This document shows, one piece after another, positions 36,464 to 43,516 of a stretch of 64,000 nt of DNA. The notes below the pieces were generated by a model that did no database searches, was not told the origin of the DNA, and saw only the letters and a list, made by a program, of their open reading frames with translations. The stretch's first letter is position 1, and each line of letters begins with the position of its first letter. The stretch is from positions 1 through 64,000 of IMG/VR virus record IMGVR_UViG_3300032898_000001; one strand, 5' to 3'. The stretch is from a virus. The position numbers and the translations under genes were made by a program.

Positions 36464-36684
36464 GCGATAAGGACCGCAAGAGCATCCGGCGCGGCACGGA
36501 CAAGACGCAGAAGGCGCTGAAGGACCACTACCGTCGCGCGAAGGTCAACCGGCAGAGCCCCCTGACCGGGCACCCGACTCGGCCGCCGAAGAAGCAGGGG
36601 TGCCTCACCATGACGGCCGTGCTGGCGATGAGTGTAGGCGGTGCCGTCACCGGGATCGTTCTCGCCGCGAAGGGACTGGCATGA
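36460..36684 (+). CDS. Basic KxGC-TM micro-protein, copy 3
   Basis: KKQGC, TM, ends KGLA; GTGA coupling. Confidence 0.8.
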   Translation: MSDKDRKSIRRGTDKTQKALKDHYRRAKVNRQSPLTGHPTRPPKKQGCLTMTAVLAMSVGGAVTGIVLAAKGLA

Positions 36685-36911
36685 ACGCCAAGAAAAAGAA
36701 GCCATTCGACGTCAAGAAGGCGAACAAGGACGCCGCGAAGGCGACCCGCCAGTTTCGACGTCGCGCCCGGCTGAACCACCAGAACCCGCTCAGCGGAAAG
36801 CCGACGCGCCCGGCCAAGAAGCAGGGCTGCCTGTCCATATCTGCGGTCCTCGTCCTGAGTGCCGGCGGGGCGGTGACCGGGATCGTCCTGGCAGCGAGGG
36901 GACTGGCGTGA
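36681..36911 (+). CDS. Basic KxGC-TM micro-protein, copy 4
   Basis: KKQGC, TM, ends RGLA; ATGA coupling. Confidence 0.8.
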   Translation: MNAKKKKPFDVKKANKDAAKATRQFRRRARLNHQNPLSGKPTRPAKKQGCLSISAVLVLSAGGAVTGIVLAARGLA

Positions 36912-37072
36912 CCTTCGACACCGGCCCGAGGGCCGGGACCCGCATCCGCCAGCCGCGGAAGCGCAACGACAAGACCGGCAACATCCGACGGAAGGGCTGC
37001 GCGCTCACCGCTCTCGCCTTCGTGGCGGGAGCGGTGGGGGCCGCGGTCGCGATCAAGACGGGAGTGAGCTAG
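36908..37072 (+). CDS. Basic KxGC-TM micro-protein, copy 5
   Basis: RRKGC, TM, ends KTGVS. Confidence 0.75.
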   Translation: MTFDTGPRAGTRIRQPRKRNDKTGNIRRKGCALTALAFVAGAVGAAVAIKTGVS

Positions 37073-37076
37073 AGAC

Positions 37077-37307
37077 GTGGACAGCCCAGATGGTTTCCGC
37101 CGCAAGGACCCGAAGGGATACGCCCGCGGCAGGGAACTCAGTCGACAAATCAACCAGAAGCGCTCGAGTAGCTACCGGGTCACGAACATCAAGAAGGCCA
37201 AGGACAACCGCAGCGCGCCGGGCTGCGCCGTGATCGCTCTCTGCGTCGGCGTCGGCCTGCCGGGCGCGATCATCGGGACCGTGCTCGTGGCGAGGGGCCT
37301 AGCGTGA
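37077..37307 (+). CDS. Basic KxGC-TM micro-protein, copy 6
   Basis: APGC, TM, ends RGLA. Confidence 0.75.
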   Translation: MDSPDGFRRKDPKGYARGRELSRQINQKRSSSYRVTNIKKAKDNRSAPGCAVIALCVGVGLPGAIIGTVLVARGLA

Positions 37308-37528
37308 GCAACCGCTCACGGCGGCGCAAGATCCGGAAGGCCCAGCGAGAGTTCCGGGAGACGGGCCGGCGCTACGGCGGGGAGACCGTCTATCCGGCGG
37401 GAGCCCGTGAGGCCAAGAACAGGAAGATCCAGGACGCGATGAGCGGCCGGCGAAAGGGCTGCGTCGTCTCGGCCATCTGGCTGAGCGCCGCGGTGATCGG
37501 CGCGATCGCGACCGTGAAGGGAAGCTGA
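37304..37528 (+). CDS. Basic KxGC-TM micro-protein, copy 7
   Basis: RRKGC, TM, ends KGS. Confidence 0.75.
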   Translation: MSNRSRRRKIRKAQREFRETGRRYGGETVYPAGAREAKNRKIQDAMSGRRKGCVVSAIWLSAAVIGAIATVKGS

Positions 37529-37529
37529 C

Positions 37530-38981
37530 GTGGAGCTGAGCGCGGACCAGGACGCGGCACTGACGGCGATCCTGAACTGGTTCATCGAGGCCCCGAGCCC
37601 CGAGTTCTGCACCAAGAAGGAGTGCTGCCCGCGGGACCACTCCCACAACCTGACCTGCGCTCAGCCTCACACCCACGGCCGGGCCCGGGACTTTGAGCCG
37701 TTCGCGCTCGGGGGCCTGGCCGGCTCGGGCAAGACCACGATGGTGAGGCAGGTGGAGTGGGCCCTGGACGTGAAGGCCGCGTTTGGGACCCCCACCAACA
37801 AGGCCGCGGCCGTGCTCCGCGGGAAGCTCCATGACGACCAGAAGGAACGCGTCCGCACCTACCACTCCCTGCTGTACAAGCCGTTCTCGCGGTTCTGGTG
37901 CGGCCAGACGGGGCGAGACGTAGTGCCCGTCGAGAACGAGGACGCGAGCGAGGACGACCTGCACGAGTTCGTGCCGTGCTGGCAGGGCACGCACCTGCCG
38001 CGCCACGACTGCTCCATCCAGGAGGAGCTCAAGTTCACGCGCCGGGAGCACCTCGAGGGCCACCGGCACCTGCTCGTGCTCGACGAGGCGTCCATGGTCG
38101 GCCAGGAGCGCGTGGAGGAGATCCGCCAGTTCGGGATCCCGCTACTCCTGGTCGGGGACCACGGCCAGCTCCCGCCCGTCAAGGCCGTCGGGGGCGCGAA
38201 CCGCTGGATGCGGAAGCCGGACGTGGTCCTCACGCAGAACCACCGCCAGGGCGAGGCCAGCGGGATCGTCACGGCCGCGCTCTCGGTCCGGGAGCGCGGG
38301 GTCCTGGACCACGGGCGGTACGGCGACGGCTCCACGGTCTGCGCGTCGGCCAGGCGGCACCCCGAGATCCTGGCCGTCATGGACCCGGAGCGGTTCGCGC
38401 CCGGTCCCGAACGCGTGATCATCTGTCACACGAACGCGGTCCGCGCCCAGGTCAACAAGCAGTTTCACGCGTTCCTGACCGACCAGCCCGGCCCCGTAGC
38501 CGGGGACCGGGTGGTGAGCCTGGCCAACGTGGAGGGCGTGGTCGTGGACCGGGTCAACGAGAAGTGGGTGCCGCGCCGCGGCGCCCCGAAGGAGGGAGAC
38601 GCCGCGCCGTTGATCGCGATCGAGAACGTGTACAACGGCTGCACGGGCACGGTCCGAGAGGTCCTGGGCTCGTCGCGGCACACGGTGCGGCTCGTGGTGG
38701 AGCTGGACGCGGACAGCCAGGGACGGCCCGGCACTCACGTCAGCGTCGCGGCCCTGAGCGCGCAGTTCGGGCGAGAGACCCAGGTCCCGTACAACGAGCG
38801 GCCGCACGGCGCGCACCAGCTCTGGGACTTCGCCTACGCCCTGACCGCTCACAAGGCGCAGGGCAGCGAGTTCGACGACGTGATCGTGCTCGACACCCAC
38901 CCGCCGGAGTACCGGGCCTGGCTGTACACGGCCATGACCCGGGCCAAGAAGCGCTTGCTCGTGATCGACTGGCGGTCGTGA
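37530..38981 (+). CDS. RecD/Dda-like SF1B helicase
   Basis: GLAGSGKTT, PTNKAA, LDEASMV, GDHGQLPPV, HRQ, YALTAHKAQGSEF, LYTAMTRA. Confidence 0.9.
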   Translation: MELSADQDAALTAILNWFIEAPSPEFCTKKECCPRDHSHNLTCAQPHTHGRARDFEPFALGGLAGSGKTTMVRQVEWALDVKAAFGTPTNKAAAVLRGKLHDDQKERVRTYHSLLYKPFSRFWCGQTGRDVVPVENEDASEDDLHEFVPCWQGTHLPRHDCSIQEELKFTRREHLEGHRHLLVLDEASMVGQERVEEIRQFGIPLLLVGDHGQLPPVKAVGGANRWMRKPDVVLTQNHRQGEASGIVTAALSVRERGVLDHGRYGDGSTVCASARRHPEILAVMDPERFAPGPERVIICHTNAVRAQVNKQFHAFLTDQPGPVAGDRVVSLANVEGVVVDRVNEKWVPRRGAPKEGDAAPLIAIENVYNGCTGTVREVLGSSRHTVRLVVELDADSQGRPGTHVSVAALSAQFGRETQVPYNERPHGAHQLWDFAYALTAHKAQGSEFDDVIVLDTHPPEYRAWLYTAMTRAKKRLLVIDWRS

Positions 38982-39226
38982 TGGCCCCTCCTCTCGTGGT
39001 GAGGCGGTTCACGCCGGGCCGGTTCAGTGACCCGGCTCACTTCGTGCTCGGTGACCCGCGAGAGCACGGCTGGCGCTGGGAGTGCCAGCTGTGTGGCACG
39101 ACCGGTCAGTACCTCAACACGCGGTGGCGCCGGGACCCGACGCTGTGGGAGCGCTGCGTGGCCGGCGGGCTGAAACACCTGCGGAAGCACGTCCCGTTGG
39201 TGCTGTCCATTCACCTGTTTACATAG
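38981..39226 (+). CDS. Small zinc-binding hypothetical protein
   Basis: WRWECQLC..H...H; coupled start. Confidence 0.45.
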   Translation: MAPPLVVRRFTPGRFSDPAHFVLGDPREHGWRWECQLCGTTGQYLNTRWRRDPTLWERCVAGGLKHLRKHVPLVLSIHLFT

Positions 39227-39268
39227 TATGGTCGTACCAGGAACCGAAGACGGAAGAGAGGAACGAGG

Positions 39269-39559
39269 ATGACGATCTTTCTCCTGCTGGTCGTCGCCCT
39301 GAGCTGCTGGCTCGTGGGCTATGGCATCGGCCGGCGCCGGGCGAGGAAGCAGCTCGCGGCGCGGGCGCTACAACGAGAGCCGCTGACCTGCGACTGCGGC
39401 CACCTGTACACGTCTCACAAGGTCACGAAGCCCTACCGGTGCACCGCGGCCTTAAAGACGGGAAGCTCCCTGCCCTGTGCCTGCCAGCGCTACGTGGGAC
39501 CGGTCCCCGCGCCTACCCTGGCCGAGCTCAGGCCCGAGGCCCCGAAGGTCGGTGAGTGA
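39269..39559 (+). CDS. Membrane-anchored Cys/His-rich protein (paralog A)
   Basis: TM-LVGYG, CDCGH..H..C..CAC.RYVGP. Confidence 0.65.
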   Translation: MTIFLLLVVALSCWLVGYGIGRRRARKQLAARALQREPLTCDCGHLYTSHKVTKPYRCTAALKTGSSLPCACQRYVGPVPAPTLAELRPEAPKVGE

Positions 39560-39878
39560 CGTGGACGTCCCTACCGTGTTCGAGACGATCAGTCTGCTGC
39601 TCGTGGGCTACGGCGTCGGGAACCTGAGCGGGCGCCGTCACCGGAAGACAGCGCGACCCGCGGGACCGAAGTACACCTGCGGTTGCACCCACGACCTCTC
39701 GGTCCACGACCCGAAGACCGGCCGGTGCCACGCCGGGGTCAAGAGGCTCAAGTACGACTACGTCGGAGACGTGGTGGGCTACATCTATCCGCAGTGCCCC
39801 TGCAAGCAGTACGTGGGCCCGAAGCCGCCACCCGACCTGAAGGACCTGTGGCCCGAGGCACCGGGAGTGGGAGACTGA
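39552..39878 (+). CDS. Membrane-anchored Cys/His-rich protein (paralog B)
   Basis: TM-LVGYG, CGCTH..H..C..CPC.QYVGP. Confidence 0.65.
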   Translation: MSDVDVPTVFETISLLLVGYGVGNLSGRRHRKTARPAGPKYTCGCTHDLSVHDPKTGRCHAGVKRLKYDYVGDVVGYIYPQCPCKQYVGPKPPPDLKDLWPEAPGVGD

Positions 39879-39913
39879 TCTGTTCTTATGAGAAAGCAAA
39901 AGGAGCTACAGAC

Positions 39914-40294
39914 ATGACCGACTTGAAGTTTGTGCCGTTCACCGAGGAGAACGACTGGGAGGGTGAGACCTGGCGGTTCTGGCTGCAGCTCACCGGCAAC
40001 GAGGCCGAGATCGAGAAGCTCGGCAACCTGCTGATCAAGCAGGCGACCGGCGAGGACGGGGAGAAGCGCGAGATCCCGTACTCGATCGACCTCAGTGACG
40101 AGCTCACCGAGGCCGAGGTCGACCTGCTCGTGGACCACGCCCACGGCACCAGCTACATGAGCAGCGAGACCAAGGTCACGGGCACGTTCACGTGCCCCGA
40201 GGGCCCCGACGTGCACGCGGACCAGGACGACGGGGACGACGACCCGTTCTACAAGGGCGGCATCACCGAGCTCTTCACGACGGGAGACCGATGA
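39914..40294 (+). CDS. Hypothetical acidic protein
   Basis: AAGGAG RBS; E.NDWEGETW.FW..FYKGGI. Confidence 0.65.
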   Translation: MTDLKFVPFTEENDWEGETWRFWLQLTGNEAEIEKLGNLLIKQATGEDGEKREIPYSIDLSDELTEAEVDLLVDHAHGTSYMSSETKVTGTFTCPEGPDVHADQDDGDDDPFYKGGITELFTTGDR

Positions 40295-40569
40295 GCCACG
40301 GCCAGCACGTCGGGATCCTCGTCGCCGCGGTGGAGCGGCGCCTGCAGGACTTCGGCGCCGCGTACGAGGGCGCGAAGCGGTGGTACGTCGACGAGAACGT
40401 CGTCGACTGCGATCTCGATCTCTTCCTGGAGGTCGTGACCGCCGCCCTGGAGGGAGCGGTCGCGGACCTGTCGAAGGTCGAGTGCCCCGCCGCGGGCTGC
40501 GCCTTCTCGTTCGTGGGACCGGCCGCGAACCGAGACGTGGTGACTCACTACCTCGAGAGCCACCCGTGA
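40291..40569 (+). CDS. Hypothetical protein with C2H2-like end
   Basis: ATGA coupling; CP..GC..H...H. Confidence 0.5.
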   Translation: MSHGQHVGILVAAVERRLQDFGAAYEGAKRWYVDENVVDCDLDLFLEVVTAALEGAVADLSKVECPAAGCAFSFVGPAANRDVVTHYLESHP

Positions 40570-40910
40570 AGGGCCTTCCCGCGACGTGCCGGAGCTGCGG
40601 CCAGGGTCCGCTCGTGGCGGACCGCCGGGCCGCGGCGCGGGAGGGCCTCCTGTGTCACCGCGGCCGCGGCCTGTGCCGGCCCTGCTACGACCACGAGTGC
40701 CGGTTCGGGGACGTGACCCGGTGGGGGCGCCTGAGCTTCACCCGGGAGGAGGTCCTGGCCGAGTACGCGGTCCTGAGACCGCTCGGCTTGACGCACCGCG
40801 AGATCGCGCGGCGCCTGGGCATGAGCCTCGACGCCCTCGGGCAGGCCCTGACCCGGGCGCGGCGCGCCGAGAGACAACGAGAGCAACCGAAAGAGAGGGA
40901 GGCGGCCTGA
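40566..40910 (+). CDS. Zn-finger + HTH DNA-binding protein
   Basis: CRSC..HRGRGLCRPCY; GLTHREIARRLGMS. Confidence 0.65.
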   Translation: MKGLPATCRSCGQGPLVADRRAAAREGLLCHRGRGLCRPCYDHECRFGDVTRWGRLSFTREEVLAEYAVLRPLGLTHREIARRLGMSLDALGQALTRARRAERQREQPKEREAA

Positions 40911-41176
40911 TGCTGCTGTCGACCACGTACCAGATCCTCGAGAACCAGACCAAGTCGCTGAAGCGTGAGCTGAACGACCAGCTGGCCGCGGGGAGCCTGG
41001 AGGACGAGGACCGCGAGATGTTCGAGCGGGTCCTGAACGGCCTCACGGCCTTCACGCTCTGGACCGAGCGCCGAGCCCTCGAGGCCAACATCAAGGCCAG
41101 GGAGACCGCCCTGGCCGAGCTGAAGCTGCAGCTTCACGACCACCGAGAGCTCTTTGAAAGGAAGATGAACCCGTGA
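40910..41176 (+). CDS. Coiled-coil hypothetical protein
   Basis: GGAGG RBS, TGATG coupling. Confidence 0.55.
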   Translation: MLLSTTYQILENQTKSLKRELNDQLAAGSLEDEDREMFERVLNGLTAFTLWTERRALEANIKARETALAELKLQLHDHRELFERKMNP

Positions 41177-41703
41177 CCGAGACGTTCAACGTCCAGCGCA
41201 GCGCCGAGGCCCGTGACCTGGTGGACGAGATGCGCCGCCAGCTGGAACGCTGGGGGAAGCAGTCCTACCCGCCCGGCACCAGCGAGGTGTACCGGGAGGC
41301 CTGTGACCTGGCCCGCGCCGAGTGTGACCAGGCGGAACGAGACGGGCGACTGACCTGGTTCCACATCCTCAAAGAGGAGTTCTTCGAGGTCGCCAGTGAG
41401 GAGGACGACCGCCGGCTCGAGAAGGAGCTGATCCAGGTCATGGCCGTGTGCGGGTCGTGGCTGCGGGACCTGCGCGAGAAGCGAGGCCACCGGGGTGCTC
41501 GGGTGGGAGTTCGGAGCGGGGACCGCGTGACCGTGGACTCGGGCCTGAACCACGACGGTCCCGTGACGGGAACGGCCGAGTTCGTCGATGAGGTGACGCT
41601 GCACGTGCGGGACGAGGTGAAGAAGGGGCTGCTGCACGTCTACGCGTGGGAGGACGTGGCGAACCTGACCGTGACGCGAGGAAGGGAGCACCAGGATGAG
41701 TGA
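41173..41703 (+). CDS. MazG-like NTP pyrophosphohydrolase domain + beta-barrel C-terminus
   Basis: E..RQ..RWG.Q; W..IL.EE..E..KELIQV.AV. Confidence 0.6.
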   Translation: MTETFNVQRSAEARDLVDEMRRQLERWGKQSYPPGTSEVYREACDLARAECDQAERDGRLTWFHILKEEFFEVASEEDDRRLEKELIQVMAVCGSWLRDLREKRGHRGARVGVRSGDRVTVDSGLNHDGPVTGTAEFVDEVTLHVRDEVKKGLLHVYAWEDVANLTVTRGREHQDE

Positions 41704-42046
41704 CGGGAAGCAGAAGCTCGTGTCGGTGTCGGTCCACGACTGCGAGCTGCAGGTGTTCCGGGCCGGCGGGAAGGGCGGCCAGCACCAGAACAAGACGAGC
41801 TCCGGCGTGCGCCTGATCCACCACCCGTCGGGGGCCCGCGGCGAGTCCCGCGAGGAACGGAGCCAGCTGCAGAACAAGAAGAACGCGTTCCTGCGGCTGA
41901 TCGAGACGCCCGCGTTCCGGGTGTGGCTCGGGAAGATGCTGCTGCAGGGCCCGCCGGCCGAGGTGGTCGTGGCGGAGGAGATGCGAGAGGAGAACCTGGT
42001 CGTGGAGGGCAAGGAGAACGGGAAGTGGGTGAGGATCGATGAGTGA
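41696..42046 (+). CDS. RF-1 domain GGQ peptidyl-tRNA hydrolase (release-factor-like)
   Basis: FRAGGKGGQHQNKTSSGVRLIH.PSG..ERSQLQNK..A. Confidence 0.9.
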   Translation: MSDGKQKLVSVSVHDCELQVFRAGGKGGQHQNKTSSGVRLIHHPSGARGESREERSQLQNKKNAFLRLIETPAFRVWLGKMLLQGPPAEVVVAEEMREENLVVEGKENGKWVRIDE

Positions 42047-42545
42047 CGAGACACACCTCGACGCGGACGGCTGGTGCACGTGCGTCGGGCACCAGCGCCT
42101 GAAGCGAGAAGCGGCAGCGGCCGAGGACGAGCGAGAGCTCGTGGCCCGGGAGGCGCTGGGCCGCGCCCGGAGGCTGCTCGACGAGACCCGGGCGGCGCTC
42201 CGCGGTGACGTGGAGCGCCGGTTCGAGGCCCTGGCCCGAGAGATCCTGGGCGAGACGGCCGGTTCACCGGCCAGTGGGATCCGCAAGGTGCTGCTGTTCG
42301 CGCCGAGCTACTACACCGCGAGGGAGATGGCCCGGGAGGCGGGGCTGGGGCCGCACCAGGTGATGTACGTGCACACCCTCTCGCAGCTGTGGGGCCTGAC
42401 CGGCCAGCGGTACCGCTACCTGGCCTGGGAGGACCGTTACCACATCCCGCCGGAGATGCTACTGCAGCTTCTGCACCACGAGATCAAGAGGGTGACGCCG
42501 GAGGAGCTGGCGGACCTCACCAACCGAAACGGAGAGACGACATGA
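42039..42545 (+). CDS. Hypothetical protein
   Basis: Coupled ORF, codon bias. Confidence 0.5.
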   Translation: MSDETHLDADGWCTCVGHQRLKREAAAAEDERELVAREALGRARRLLDETRAALRGDVERRFEALAREILGETAGSPASGIRKVLLFAPSYYTAREMAREAGLGPHQVMYVHTLSQLWGLTGQRYRYLAWEDRYHIPPEMLLQLLHHEIKRVTPEELADLTNRNGETT

Positions 42546-42847
42546 AGATCACGATCACGGTGGAGCGCCAGATGGGCGACCACCAGGCGGTGACGCAGGA
42601 GCTGGAGTGGGGCGACTCCAACTTCGAGTGGCACGAGATCACCACTCGCGGGGCCACGCTGCTGCACGCGGTCGCCTGCAAGTTCGGTGACGTGAACCGC
42701 CGGCCGAGCACCTGGCCCGGCGAGCGAGGGATGGGAACCGGAGAGCGGGGCGTTCCCGTGGAGATCGGCGACGTGCAGGCGGAGCTCGAGCGGTTGCAGC
42801 GCCAGCAGCAACGGGGCGCGCGGCCGCAGGACCGGCCGGGCCGATGA
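42542..42847 (+). CDS. Hypothetical protein
   Basis: GGAG RBS, ATGA coupling. Confidence 0.5.
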   Translation: MKITITVERQMGDHQAVTQELEWGDSNFEWHEITTRGATLLHAVACKFGDVNRRPSTWPGERGMGTGERGVPVEIGDVQAELERLQRQQQRGARPQDRPGR

Positions 42848-43092
42848 GCGGGCGGCTCCGGCCGGGGCGCGAGAAAAAGAGCTACCGCGACGTGATCGAG
42901 CTCGGGAGGCGGTACGGCTACGAGCTCGTGGGCTACACGGGCGCCGGGCACCTCCGGCTCGTGCACCCCGTGGCCGGGACGGTCTTCGCCCCGTCGACGC
43001 CGTCGGACCGCCGCGGGCTACGGAACGTGGCGCAGAAGCTGCGGCAGCGACTCCGCGAGAGCGGGGTCACGGAACCAGAAACGAGGAACTGA
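42844..43092 (+). CDS. HicA-like dsRBD-fold protein
   Basis: G-Y..TGAGHLRLVHP..V..PSTPSD.R..N. Confidence 0.6.
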   Translation: MSGRLRPGREKKSYRDVIELGRRYGYELVGYTGAGHLRLVHPVAGTVFAPSTPSDRRGLRNVAQKLRQRLRESGVTEPETRN

Positions 43093-43094
43093 AC

Positions 43095-43304
43095 TTGGAG
43101 ATCATTCACGTCGTCATCGGCGGAGCTCAGACCCAGCTCGTGCTCCGAGAGGGCACCCAGCTGAGCGTCCTTCAGCTAGACCTCGCTGAGACGGAGGTAC
43201 TGATGAACGTGCTGCGGCTGGCGCTGAACAAGATGACCAACAAGGAGTTCCCGATGCCCGCTGACCTCGACGTGCGCTGGCCGATGACGCTCGACGTGAG
43301 GTGA
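43095..43304 (+). CDS. Hypothetical protein
   Basis: GAGG RBS, TTG start. Confidence 0.45.
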   Translation: MEIIHVVIGGAQTQLVLREGTQLSVLQLDLAETEVLMNVLRLALNKMTNKEFPMPADLDVRWPMTLDVR

Positions 43305-43415
43305 TGGCCATTCGAAACGAGGGAGGTAGAGTATCGCTACCTGAGGTGAACCGGAACGAGGGGAAAAGATCATGAACGCTCGTTTTGGTTGCCTCGCAAC
43401 AACTTCGTGATATAG

Positions 43416-43452
43416 AACGACCCGGAAGCGGGTAAGCTTCCGGGTCGTTTTT
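43416..43452 (+). terminator. Intrinsic terminator-like hairpin upstream of primase
   Basis: AACGACCCGGAAGC-6nt-GCTTCCGGGTCGTT+TTT. Confidence 0.7.
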
Positions 43453-43516
43453 GTCTGTGATACCGGGTAGGAGCCGGTATGAGATCGTACTTCCATCGAC
43501 GAGGTAGGACTATACC

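Noticed and set aside
36045-37528. Array members as lipoproteins or classical pilins
   Set aside because: Cys precedes the hydrophobic helix, nothing follows the helix, and there is no Glu+5
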